A stretch of DNA of 64,000 nucleotides from Candidatus Omnitrophota bacterium (GTDB taxonomy: Bacteria; Omnitrophota; Gorgyraeia; Zapsychrales; JAKLDJ01). The notes under the pieces are model-generated. The model searched no databases. It was not told the origin of the DNA and saw only the letters and a program-made list of their open reading frames with translations. The DNA is taken from assembly GCA_022703585.1 (NCBI GenBank), contig JAKLDJ010000005.1, positions 69,353-133,352 of the forward strand. Reading direction: 5' to 3'. This document shows, piece by piece, positions 1 through 8,460 of this stretch (positions within the stretch are counted from its first letter, which is position 1; each line of letters begins with the position of its first letter). A program made the translations under genes and the position numbers.

Positions 1-949
1 ATTCTGCCCGGTAAGAAGGATTCTTGGCATGGCAGGAAAAAGAAAGACGCAGCTTTGTATATAAGGAAAAGACCGTTTCTATGTACGTCTTGAAATCGAT
101 ATTATCATCATTGTTATTCTGGGAATTGTCAAAATAGATATTCTCAAATCCTACCTCCTGGGTCCAATGAAACAGATTGGGGAATTTTTCAGTCAACCCC
201 ACAAAGGCCCGGTTAGAGGTCGATGACTTCTGGTCGATTTGGTCAAACTGAATATTCCGGTAGGTATTACCGAAGAATCCGACAAGATTATTTTCCGGCG
301 TCAAATTATAATCGATTTTGTTGCTTACGTAATTGACATAGTGATCGATAAAATCATCGTTATCACCGTTACGGACATCCAGAAATTCATGAAAAACATC
401 CAGGGTAAACGTCGCCTTTGGGTCAATCTCATATTTTAGCTGGAACGACGGAACATTCTGGGTATAGCCCAAGGCCAAGACCCTGTCGCCGATGACCGCC
501 GCCATTTTACTATCCTGAAGCCAGTTGTAATCATCCCTGAAGCCGAACGACAACTTTTCAAACGGGCGATAGGAATACAGGACATTCGCCGTATGGCCCA
601 AAACCCCTTTGGCCTCTTTATCGTAATAGGCATAATTGCCCGAATACCCCCACTGAAAATAATGGTCTCCTTTGATGAGCTGATAAAAGAGCGTCTGGGT
701 AAAAATTTCCTTCCAGTCAAAATCTTCTCCGTCTTCCGTCAAGAAGATATTGGTATCGTATTCGAACTTCAGGCGACTGCTGTAGTCGATGTCTTTAAGA
801 AATTTGAGGAAGGGATTTTCGTTTTTATTGGTTTTTGGGTCGGCTTCCCTGGACTCCGCAGAGACAGCGGCAGAGCTCCCTAAGCAGGCAAAGGTTGATA
901 GAATAATCAAGGCCGTTAAAGAAACTGCGGTAATTCTTCGCTTCGTCAT
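1..949 (-). CDS. Partial CDS (3' end beyond window): hypothetical secreted/outer-membrane protein with N-terminal signal peptide
   Basis: Hand translation of the minus strand from an ATG at about 949: MTKRRITAVSLTALIILSTFACLGSSAAVSAESRE... runs with no stop codon to position 1. It is not in the ORF track, presumably because it leaves the window. The N-terminus is signal-peptide-like, and the sequence is rich in Y/F/N/D with alternating hydrophobic residues, typical of beta-barrel or secreted proteins. Confidence 0.45.
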   Translation of the reverse strand, partial: MTKRRITAVSLTALIILSTFACLGSSAAVSAESREADPKTNKNENPFLKFLKDIDYSSRLKFEYDTNIFLTEDGEDFDWKEIFTQTLFYQLIKGDHYFQWGYSGNYAYYDKEAKGVLGHTANVLYSYRPFEKLSFGFRDDYNWLQDSKMAAVIGDRVLALGYTQNVPSFQLKYEIDPKATFTLDVFHEFLDVRNGDNDDFIDHYVNYVSNKIDYNLTPENNLVGFFGNTYRNIQFDQIDQKSSTSNRAFVGLTEKFPNLFHWTQEVGFENIYFDNSQNNNDDNIDFKTYIETVFSLYTKLRLSFSCHAKNPSYRAE

Positions 950-1048
950 TAAGCCTTTCAATATACTGGGGGTTTAAAACAACGGTTTATCGTAGCAATT
1001 CAACAGGTGGATGTCAAATATTTAATTGAAGAAAAGACATTTTTTTGG

Positions 1049-1097
1049 AAAAAAGTTAGGGCGGCAGCGCTTTGAGAAACTCGAAGCGCTGCCGCCC
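1049..1097 (-). terminator. Rho-independent terminator downstream of the S8 protease gene
   Basis: A 14-bp GC-rich inverted repeat (GGGCGGCAGCGCTT...AAGCGCTGCCGCCC) is followed on the minus strand by UAACUUUUUUCC. It lies about 130 nt past the protease stop. Confidence 0.5.
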
Positions 1098-1228
1098 TAA
1101 ACACTGCTTCCCACGCTTAAAAATACTGACTGCACCTGCAGTAATTGCGTATCGTGGTATTCTGCGGATTCAAAGAGATTTAGAACGAAGGTTCCGGGAC
1201 CGGAATGATAAAAGCGCAGATCCTATCC

Positions 1229-1984
1229 TTATAAGCTGCCTTGGAGATGGGTAAGAATATCGTTTTTGTCCATCGTACGCTGAGCAGAATCGGCCAATAA
1301 CTGGGCCACCTCCGCCGTTACCCGGGCACAAGCAAAAGAGGTCCCCTCCTGACCTCTTGTTTTTCCCTGGGCATAAACATCACAATGACGGCCGGAATAA
1401 CCGGCAATCTCGCCGTTTTTATTCAGCGCCCCTACCGAAATCACGTACGGACTCGAAGCGGGAAATGCCGGCTTAACGTCCTTGGAAACTTTGCAGACAT
1501 ACCCCTTCGAATCCGTCGCGAAGTGACTGGCCAGGGTCTTATTACCCCCGGCAGCAATAAACAAAACACCGTGGCTGGTGGCGGCATTGGTAATCGCGTT
1601 TTCGATCTCTTGGTCATATTTGGTAACAAGCGACATATTAACGATGCGGATATTGCGGTCCACACTCCACTGAATAGCCTTTAAAATAGCGTCCCGGGAA
1701 GGCTTAAAGTCCCCGCCGGTTTTTTCACAGACTTGCAGCATATAAATCTTAGCGGAAGGATTATTTTGTCGGATAAGCCTGGCAATCTCTGTCCCGTGGC
1801 CAAGCGGATCCTGTCTTGCCGGATAGGAGGTAAAACTTTCACCAGCGTCAACATAGGATCTCGCCCCGGAATCGATAATCGCAATACTGATTTCGTCCGC
1901 TGACAGAGACGGCCCAGCCATCACAATAAGCACCAATGCTAAGGCAAAAATCATTCCCTCAACCATCTTCTTTAATACGTTCAT
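1229..1984 (-). CDS. Secreted subtilisin-like serine peptidase (S8 family)
   Basis: 251-aa ORF with a signal peptide (MNVLKKMVEGMIFALALVLIVMAGPSLSA). It carries the catalytic triad motifs in D/H/S order: IAIIDSG (Asp), HGTEIA (His), GTSFACA (Ser). An RBS (GGAGAG) sits 7 nt upstream of the ATG. Confidence 0.85.
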   Translation of the reverse strand: MNVLKKMVEGMIFALALVLIVMAGPSLSADEISIAIIDSGARSYVDAGESFTSYPARQDPLGHGTEIARLIRQNNPSAKIYMLQVCEKTGGDFKPSRDAILKAIQWSVDRNIRIVNMSLVTKYDQEIENAITNAATSHGVLFIAAGGNKTLASHFATDSKGYVCKVSKDVKPAFPASSPYVISVGALNKNGEIAGYSGRHCDVYAQGKTRGQEGTSFACARVTAEVAQLLADSAQRTMDKNDILTHLQGSL

Positions 1985-2002
1985 CGTTTCTCTCCGAATA
2001 AG

Positions 2003-2049
2003 ACCCCAACAAAAAAGCGCCTGCTCTTATGTGCATAAGAGCAGGCGCT
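2003..2049 (-). terminator. Strong intrinsic terminator immediately upstream (about 20 nt) of the protease RBS
   Basis: A perfect 16-bp palindrome AGCGCCTGCTCTTATG/CATAAGAGCAGGCGCT is followed on the minus strand by UUUUUUGUUGG. Confidence 0.6.
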
Positions 2050-2092
2050 TAAGTTAACGGATCAAGCCTACCCGTGGCTATTCAAGCCGCGC

Positions 2093-2245
2093 AGGCGTTT
2101 TTGGCAAAAAAAACGCCTACTCGCTTAAATAAGTAGGCTCTCCGAACTCAACCGGCAACTGACTACCCGTCTCCGCATTAATCGGAGGTGTGGGCTCTAG
2201 AGTTTTGCGCCCCACGCTTTCGCGAGGTTTGCCCTTATCAATCGA
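2093..2245 (-). ncRNA. c-di-GMP-I (GEMM) riboswitch candidate: aptamer about 2135-2245 plus terminator expression platform about 2106-2138
   Basis: The minus-strand RNA reads ...AAGGGCAAACCUCGCGAAAGCGUGGGGCGCAAAACUCUAGAGCCCACACCUCCGAUUAAUGCGGAG... It contains GGGCAAACC, a GAAA tetraloop hairpin and a GGGNCGCAAA core that I recognise from the Vibrio Vc2 c-di-GMP-I aptamer (recalled from memory, not searched). It is followed by the hairpin GCCUACU..AGUAGGC plus U8. Confidence 0.6.
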
Positions 2246-2426
2246 GATTTGTTACTTAAACCAAATTGTCAATGGACCAATTTATCCCAACAATTGAAGT
2301 ATAGCCTATAAATACTCAAAAGGCAAGGCGGAGAAAAAGATTTTTATCAGGCCTATTTTAGAAACCCAAAAAGGGCCTTTTTTGGGAAAGCGCTCGTCTT
2401 TAAACAGCCGAAAAGCTCATCATGCT

Positions 2427-2852
2427 TTATTCCAGCGGCAGCTCAGGCAACTTATCCAGCAGAGGCAAAAGATAATCTTCCTCGACTTTAATGCGGCTTA
2501 ACATATCCTTGGAAAGTTGTATAAAGTCCAAGGGAAAATCCTTCGAACCTCTATCAGCCAATTCACCGGTATATTTTTCAAAAAATATGAGAAACCTGAT
2601 CTTGACCTCTTTAAGATCATGGATCAAAAACTCGATCATCTTTATGGACTGGCGGTCATTTTGATAAAAAGAACTTAGGCGCTCAAAAAGCTCTTTATCC
2701 TGGCCTCCAAAATGCGCCAGGAGCCTCTCTCGCATCTCGCAAACCCTGGGTTTCGCGGCCATATAGTTACGGGCCAAAGGCTGGATTCGGTCGATGGAGT
2801 CTACAATTGCCTGGTGGCTAACTTTCAGTCTTTCGATAAGCGCTTGGGACAT
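2427..2852 (-). CDS. Hypothetical protein (possibly a hemerythrin-like metal-binding fold)
   Basis: 141-aa ORF, co-directional with its neighbours. The sequence is helical with several His/Glu pairs (HQAIVDS, HFGGQDKE, HDLKE). I see no definitive motif. Confidence 0.5.
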   Translation of the reverse strand: MSQALIERLKVSHQAIVDSIDRIQPLARNYMAAKPRVCEMRERLLAHFGGQDKELFERLSSFYQNDRQSIKMIEFLIHDLKEVKIRFLIFFEKYTGELADRGSKDFPLDFIQLSKDMLSRIKVEEDYLLPLLDKLPELPLE

Positions 2853-2910
2853 AATAGTTTGCAGTATGATATTTGCTTCTATTTAAAGAAATATTTTCCC
2901 GGAAAGGCTA

Positions 2911-4875
2911 TCAGAATGTCTCGATGCCATGTTCCTTTAGAACAATCAGAGTGCAGTCGTCATGCTGAGGGGCGCGGCCGATAAAAGAGCTGATTTCCTT
3001 GGTAACTTCCCTTATAAGCTGAGAAGCGCTGTCATTCTCGCAAGCGCGCATTACCGAAAATAGCCTCTCTTCGCCAAAATCCTCTCTTCGCAAATTCTTG
3101 GCTTCCACAACGCCATCCGTGTAGAGAATGACGGTATCCCCGGGATCCAAAACAGCTTCTCCTTGAGAAAATTCAACACTGTTGACAAGCCCCAGAGGGA
3201 GCCCTTCTTTCGGTTGTATCTTTTCTACGGTATGGTCCTTTTTTCTCAAAATCAACGTAGGGCAATGCCCGGCATTGGCCACTAAGATTTTATGTTCGGG
3301 AACAATATAAATGACATAGGTCGCGGTAACGAAAATACCCGGATTGGTATTTCTGACCATCTCTTCATTAAGTTGAAAAAGCAGGTCGCTAGGCTCATCG
3401 CAAATCCCGGCCAGCATGCGGAATAGCGAAATGGCCTTGGCCATGACCAGCGCCGCCGGTACGCCCTTGCCAGAAACATCCCCGATAAATACGCCCATCC
3501 GGTACTTGCCCAGGGCATACATATCGTAAAGATCGCCGCCGACATGCTTAGCCGTGACCATGCTGGTCGCGATCTCCAGGCTGCCGAACCGTTCAATGGG
3601 CGAAGGCAGAAAACTGTCCTGGATCGACTTGGCAATCGAGAGCTCTTTCTCGACGAGTTCGTGCTTTCTGTTTTCTTCTAAGAAGTTATAAATGCTCACA
3701 CCCGTATTCATAAAAATCATCATAATAAACGGGCAAAAGACATCAATCCAAATCCCCCTGGTCATAAAGATCCCGAATGCGAAAGAGACAAAGAGAAAAG
3801 AATATCCAACCGTATACGAAAAAGCGGCAATCGGCTGATTCCGCTTGCGAGACGTAGTCAGAAACACAATTCCCAGGAGAATAAAAAGAATAATCAAATT
3901 CGTCTTGGCGCTAACCCGATAGACATAACGATCCAGCAGGATACTGCTGAAAATATTTGCATGCAACCCCACCATCGGGTATTCCTTTTCCAAGGGAATC
4001 GCCTGCAAGTCCGAGGTGCCGGTAGCCGTCATGCCCACAAAACAAACCGCTCCCTTAAAATCATCCAACGGTACCCGGGGGGCCTTTTTTGCGGCCCTAT
4101 CCTGCCATGCCCCCAAAACATCCACATAAGAATAATGTTTAAACGTCTGGCGCCAGCGGCCGGCATAATTCACCAGCATCGCCCCGCTGGAAGAAGTCGG
4201 AATGGTAAGCCGCGGGCCGATGGAGACCGCGTTCCAGTGAAAAACAATATTTTCTAAAGGAATACCCAAATAATCGCAGGCCATACGTAAGGAAATATGG
4301 GGCTTAAGCTCACCGTTAAAATCGATAAACAGCGGCACCCAGCGATTCTTTCCATCCGCATCCCGATAACTATTGATATATCCGGTGGCCTTGGCGGCAT
4401 CGGCGAGTTTGGGTAAAATCGAAGCCGCCATCCCCTTGGCCTTGGGTAATTTCTTGGATTGAAGATCGCTTTCGATCCGAAGGACGTAGGGCAGGTAAAC
4501 ATTGCCGGCATCCTTAACCGAGGCGCTAAAGGCATCGTCCTCTTGTGTCGGATCCGTAAAAATAACATCGAACATCACCTGCTTGGTGCCTAAGGCCGAG
4601 AGGACATCAACGAGACTGGCGTGAAAATCGCGAGGCAAAGGCCAATAGCCCAGACTTTTTAAGGTGTCATCGGAGATTTCAATAAGGATAATTTTATCGG
4701 AGAAATTCTGGACCGGACGCAAGAAAAACCGCAGATCCAGCAAGATGTTTTCGTAAGAATCCAGCAGCCGCCAGGAAGAGGTAAGAACAACCAGGATCAG
4801 GACGAGACAGAAAAAAACAAGTTTGACAATGCGTCTTCGGAGGGATGCGTTAAACGGTAAGATTTTTGAAAACAT
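2911..4875 (-). CDS. CHASE2 sensor domain / PP2C-family (SpoIIE/RsbU-like) serine phosphatase
   Basis: 654 aa. The N-terminal ~300 aa look like a CHASE2 periplasmic sensor, followed by a hydrophobic TM block, then PP2C motifs (GDVSGKGVPAALVMA, DGVVEAKN). Confidence 0.8.
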   Translation of the reverse strand: MFSKILPFNASLRRRIVKLVFFCLVLILVVLTSSWRLLDSYENILLDLRFFLRPVQNFSDKIILIEISDDTLKSLGYWPLPRDFHASLVDVLSALGTKQVMFDVIFTDPTQEDDAFSASVKDAGNVYLPYVLRIESDLQSKKLPKAKGMAASILPKLADAAKATGYINSYRDADGKNRWVPLFIDFNGELKPHISLRMACDYLGIPLENIVFHWNAVSIGPRLTIPTSSSGAMLVNYAGRWRQTFKHYSYVDVLGAWQDRAAKKAPRVPLDDFKGAVCFVGMTATGTSDLQAIPLEKEYPMVGLHANIFSSILLDRYVYRVSAKTNLIILFILLGIVFLTTSRKRNQPIAAFSYTVGYSFLFVSFAFGIFMTRGIWIDVFCPFIMMIFMNTGVSIYNFLEENRKHELVEKELSIAKSIQDSFLPSPIERFGSLEIATSMVTAKHVGGDLYDMYALGKYRMGVFIGDVSGKGVPAALVMAKAISLFRMLAGICDEPSDLLFQLNEEMVRNTNPGIFVTATYVIYIVPEHKILVANAGHCPTLILRKKDHTVEKIQPKEGLPLGLVNSVEFSQGEAVLDPGDTVILYTDGVVEAKNLRREDFGEERLFSVMRACENDSASQLIREVTKEISSFIGRAPQHDDCTLIVLKEHGIETF

Positions 4876-4927
4876 TCAATAGCCCTGAGGCATCATTGGG
4901 GTATTTTAAAAGAACTCTTGCGCTAAT

Positions 4928-5641
4928 TTATTTTATTGGCTTTTCTTTACCTTTATATAAAAGTTTCCAAGGATTGACCTTAACGTCAGCACTTAATTCT
5001 TCCAGATTCTTGCTGGTCGCATTTAAATTCGCCACAATCTCATCGATAGCCAAACGGTTGACCTTAAGCCGCTCATCAACATTGCCTGATATCGAAGAAA
5101 TATTCTTCATCGAAGTATTCATATTAGCGACGATATCATCGATCGCCTGGCTGTTAACCTTAAGCCGCTGGTTAATGTTTTCCGAAATCTCTTTTAAGCT
5201 GTCCGCAATCGCATCGCCTTTGGCCAGCAGGCGGTCAAAATCTATCGGCTCCTGCGCTTCAATCAAGGCATCCTGGGCTAAGAAATTTCCACCGGGGTTA
5301 CCGGCTGAAAGCTCGACATATTTCTCACCTAACATACCCATGATCTTTATAAATGCCTTGGCCCCTTCACGGATTTTGGCCTCTTCTTTAATCCATAGAG
5401 TCAACTCCATCTTGGTATCCTGGTCGTAAACAAGGCGAATATCCTTGACCGAGCCAACCTCCATACCGTTTAACCGTACGGGCGCGTTTTTTTCCAGGCC
5501 GTCAATACGATAGAAAGAAGTCTTTACCGTATAGCCCTGCTGGGTAAATTTGAAATTACCCACCTTGAAGGTTAAAAAAAGCAGCGCCGAAACCGCGATC
5601 GTTACCAGGATACCGATTTTTGCCTCATTTGTTAGCTTCAT
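4928..5641 (-). CDS. mlaD: MlaD (MCE-domain) phospholipid ABC transporter substrate-binding protein
   Basis: 237 aa with an N-terminal TM anchor, an MCE domain and a C-terminal coiled-coil repeat. It is adjacent to mlaF and mlaE. Confidence 0.8.
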   Translation of the reverse strand: MKLTNEAKIGILVTIAVSALLFLTFKVGNFKFTQQGYTVKTSFYRIDGLEKNAPVRLNGMEVGSVKDIRLVYDQDTKMELTLWIKEEAKIREGAKAFIKIMGMLGEKYVELSAGNPGGNFLAQDALIEAQEPIDFDRLLAKGDAIADSLKEISENINQRLKVNSQAIDDIVANMNTSMKNISSISGNVDERLKVNRLAIDEIVANLNATSKNLEELSADVKVNPWKLLYKGKEKPIK

Positions 5642-5656
5642 TCGTAGCTCCTTTGA

Positions 5657-6457
5657 TTATTCGGCTAGGTCTTTTAAATAATCATCGCCTTTGTCGATAA
5701 AATTAACCGGGCCTTCTGTTTCCCCGCGTATAAATTGTTGGACGATTGCATTCTTTGAATTTTTTATATCTTCGGGTGTTCCTATCTCCAGGACCCTGCC
5801 CGCGTGAAGCATCGCCACACGGTTGGCAATGCGAAAAACGCTGTTCATGTCATGGGTCACAACCACCGAAGTAATCAGCAGTTTCTTGCTTAAATCCAAA
5901 ATAAGCTTGTCGATAACGGCCGCGACAATGGGGTCAAGGCCGGCTGTAGGCTCGTCGTAAAAAACAATTTCCGGGTCCATGGCAATGGCCCGGGCAAGCC
6001 CCACCCTTTTTTTCATCCCGCCGGAGAGCATGCTCGGCATCAGATGTTCAAAACCCCTTAAACCCACAAGGCCTAATTTCATTTTCACGATGATATTGAT
6101 GATATGCGGATCCAGCTTGGTATGCTCACGCAAGGGCAAACTGACGTTATCCTCGACGCTCAACGAATCCAGAAGAGCCGAAGACTGAAAGCACATGCCA
6201 AATTTTCTTTTTGTTCTGTCCTTCTCGTCCTTGGAAAGCGTGGTCAAATCCCTGTCACCGATAAAAACCTTTCCCTTATCGGGAACCAGGGCTCCGGTCA
6301 TATGCCGCAATAAAGTACTTTTGCCACAACCTGACCCGCCCATGATAACAAAGGTTTCCCCCTGGTAGATATCCAGGTTGATGCCGTTTAAGACCTTGCG
6401 GTCTCCCAGGGTTTTATTAACATTCTGGACAGAAATGGCAACTTTTTTGTCTTCCAT
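5657..6457 (-). CDS. mlaF: MlaF ABC transporter ATP-binding protein
   Basis: Walker A GGSGCGKST, ABC signature LSGGMKKRVGLARA and Walker B FYDEP are present. Confidence 0.85.
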   Translation of the reverse strand: MEDKKVAISVQNVNKTLGDRKVLNGINLDIYQGETFVIMGGSGCGKSTLLRHMTGALVPDKGKVFIGDRDLTTLSKDEKDRTKRKFGMCFQSSALLDSLSVEDNVSLPLREHTKLDPHIINIIVKMKLGLVGLRGFEHLMPSMLSGGMKKRVGLARAIAMDPEIVFYDEPTAGLDPIVAAVIDKLILDLSKKLLITSVVVTHDMNSVFRIANRVAMLHAGRVLEIGTPEDIKNSKNAIVQQFIRGETEGPVNFIDKGDDYLKDLAE

Positions 6458-6463
6458 GTCGAC

Positions 6464-7261
6464 CTATAGGTTAGAAAAATAATAGATACCGGTTAAAACA
6501 CAGTCCGCGAGAATAATTAAAATGAAGCTCGTAACCACACTTAGAGTCGTGGCCTCGCCGACACCCACCGCTCCTTCGCGCGTCTTAATACCCTGATAAC
6601 AACCGACCAGCGAAATAATCAAAGCAAAAACAATAGATTTGGAAAGGCCGGTATAAATATCCTTAAGCGATAAAAATTTTAAGGCCGTTTGGATATACAA
6701 TGCCGAGTTGATCTTCAGATTAAAAACACCCATCAAATACCCGCCGAGCATACCCGAAAAATCCCCGATGATTGTCAGGCACGGCAACATAATCAACAGC
6801 GCCAGAACCTTGGGCGCCATAAGAAACCTGACCGGATGAATGGCCATGGTTTCTAGGGCTTCGATTTGCTCGGTAACCTTCATTGAACCGATTTCCGCGG
6901 TAATCGCCGCTCCGACCCGACCGGCGATAACAAGGGCGGTTAATACCGGCCCTAACTCGCGGCATAGGGAAATAGAGACAAGGCTAGAGACATATACCAC
7001 CGCACCGACCTGGGCCAGCTGGTAGGCCGCCTGCATCGCCAAAACAACGCCCGTAAAGAAGGTAACGAAGAAAACGATGACGATCGAGCGGATGCCCATA
7101 AAAACCATTTGCGTAAAGACGTGCGGCGTATTGAGAGGTTTTTTCTTAAAAGGGCCGACAAATATCCAATAGAGCGTCTCGGCGGAGAGCTTGGAAAAAT
7201 CAACAAGCACAAAACAGCCGTATTTTGTAAAAGCGCCTATTTTCTCAAAGAATTTAATCAT
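6464..7261 (-). CDS. mlaE: MlaE ABC transporter permease
   Basis: 265-aa polytopic protein. Conserved MlaE block: LCRELGPVLTALVIAGRVGAAITAEIGSMKVTEQIEALETMAI. Confidence 0.85.
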   Translation of the reverse strand: MIKFFEKIGAFTKYGCFVLVDFSKLSAETLYWIFVGPFKKKPLNTPHVFTQMVFMGIRSIVIVFFVTFFTGVVLAMQAAYQLAQVGAVVYVSSLVSISLCRELGPVLTALVIAGRVGAAITAEIGSMKVTEQIEALETMAIHPVRFLMAPKVLALLIMLPCLTIIGDFSGMLGGYLMGVFNLKINSALYIQTALKFLSLKDIYTGLSKSIVFALIISLVGCYQGIKTREGAVGVGEATTLSVVTSFILIILADCVLTGIYYFSNL

Positions 7262-7265
7262 GCGA

Positions 7266-7598
7266 TTACCCGGCCTTTACCACTTCGTCCACATTCGCAA
7301 AAATGCTGAAAAGCTTATCAAGTCTGGTGATTTCAAAGATACTCTTAATCTTTGCCGACATCTGCACCAGATACATATGCCCCTGGTTTTTCTTCAGCCT
7401 CTGCATCATCTCGATTAAGGTTGCCAGGCCCGAACTATCGATATAGGCTACTTTCGAAAAATCAACAACAATCTTGGAGACTTTACGTTCAACCAAGTCC
7501 GTAAAGGCTTTGCGCATCTGCGGAGAAGAATTAAGGTCTATCTCCCCCTCTATGGATACGACCATAAACCCGTTGATTTCGGATTGGCTAATATTCAT
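7266..7598 (-). CDS. STAS-domain protein (anti-sigma-factor antagonist RsbV/SpoIIAA-like; alternatively MlaB-like)
   Basis: 110 aa. The STAS fold carries the conserved phosphorylatable-serine motif YIDSSGL. It overlaps the upstream kinase gene by 4 nt and directly precedes mlaE. Confidence 0.8.
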   Translation of the reverse strand: MNISQSEINGFMVVSIEGEIDLNSSPQMRKAFTDLVERKVSKIVVDFSKVAYIDSSGLATLIEMMQRLKKNQGHMYLVQMSAKIKSIFEITRLDKLFSIFANVDEVVKAG

Positions 7599-8002
7599 CT
7601 TGCCCCCCTTTTTTTCTTCAGCTTTTTAATCATCCTCAGGCAACTGCCATTGCGCTCAAAAATAACCTTGTCCATTAATTTACGTATCAGAAAAACACCC
7701 CGCCCGCCGCACCGCTCTAAATTCTTCTCGTGGGTCGGATTCTTGCACGTCGTATGGTCAAAACCCTCGCCTTGGTCACGCACAACAATTTCGACCGCGT
7801 CCTTGCCCTTAACGACATCCACGTCAACGGTCAAACGAGGATCATTCTTATTGCCATGCTTCATGGCATTAATAAGGGCTTCCTCAAAACTCAATTTTAT
7901 ATCAAACAGTAGAGAAGAATCAAGCTTTAAATCGCTCAAGGAATCCAAAATCTTTTTGCTGGCGTGCTTGACGCTCTTTAAATCCGTCGGGAATCTATAC
8001 AT
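7595..8002 (-). CDS. Anti-sigma regulatory factor (RsbW/SpoIIAB-like Ser protein kinase, HATPase_c)
   Basis: HATPase_c motifs EALINAMKHG (N-box), DQGEGF (G1) and GRGVFLIRKLMD (G2). The track ORF starts at a TTG at 8110 and would overlap the upstream CBS gene. I moved the start to the internal ATG (M37) at 8002, giving 135 aa. Confidence 0.7.
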   Translation of the reverse strand: MYRFPTDLKSVKHASKKILDSLSDLKLDSSLLFDIKLSFEEALINAMKHGNKNDPRLTVDVDVVKGKDAVEIVVRDQGEGFDHTTCKNPTHEKNLERCGGRGVFLIRKLMDKVIFERNGSCLRMIKKLKKKRGAR

Positions 8003-8054
8003 TTTGATAAATAGTTTTGACTGATTTCTTTTAAAACCAACCTTTAAAACAGCC

Positions 8055-8447
8055 CTATTCAGGCTTGGGTGAAAGCGCCGCCACAAGATTGCGGCTGGAC
8101 ACAATGCCAATCAATTTTCCATCCTTGACGATGGGCAAGTGCCTAAAAGGCGACATGCACATAATTTCGTGAATCTTATTTAAGCCCTGACAGATATCGG
8201 CCGTGACCACTTTTTTAGTCATAATCGAGCGCACCTTCGTCTTTCGCGCCGGCAACTCGCCGCAAACCACCCTTTTAACAATATCGCGCTCGCTGACGAT
8301 ACCGGTAATCCGTTCTTTTTTTAAAATGACCACAGCGCCGATATTATGCTTCTTCATAAGATTGGCAACGTCGAAAACCGTATCGTTTTCTCCGGCAACC
8401 ACCACGCCGCTGGTGATCGAAATAGCAAAACCCGTCTGCTTTAACAT
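8055..8447 (-). CDS. CBS-pair domain protein
   Basis: 130 aa with two CBS repeats (ITGIVSERDIV... and LIGIVSSRNLV). Confidence 0.75.
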   Translation of the reverse strand: MLKQTGFAISITSGVVVAGENDTVFDVANLMKKHNIGAVVILKKERITGIVSERDIVKRVVCGELPARKTKVRSIMTKKVVTADICQGLNKIHEIMCMSPFRHLPIVKDGKLIGIVSSRNLVAALSPKPE

Positions 8448-8460
8448 CCCCTGGCTCCTT

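Noticed and set aside
1072-1254. 60-aa plus-strand ORF between the protease and the partial upstream gene
   Set aside because: It spans the GC-rich terminator hairpin. It has an Arg-rich artefactual composition and no RBS.
2050-2300. tmRNA, RNase P RNA or 6S RNA in the protease leader
   Set aside because: None of the conserved tmRNA 3' T-arm/ACCA or RNase P P4 signatures are present. The conserved blocks fit a c-di-GMP-I aptamer better.
3282-4568. Nested ORFs (3282..3635-, 3961..4257+, 4254..4568-) inside the CHASE2-PP2C gene
   Set aside because: They are alternative frames of a well-supported 654-aa gene. Arg/Pro-rich composition is typical of out-of-frame translation.
7595-8110. Full 171-aa track ORF for the anti-sigma kinase (TTG start at 8110)
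   Set aside because: The first 36 codons overlap the CBS gene and have no kinase homology. The internal ATG at 8002 gives a canonical ~135-aa RsbW-size protein.
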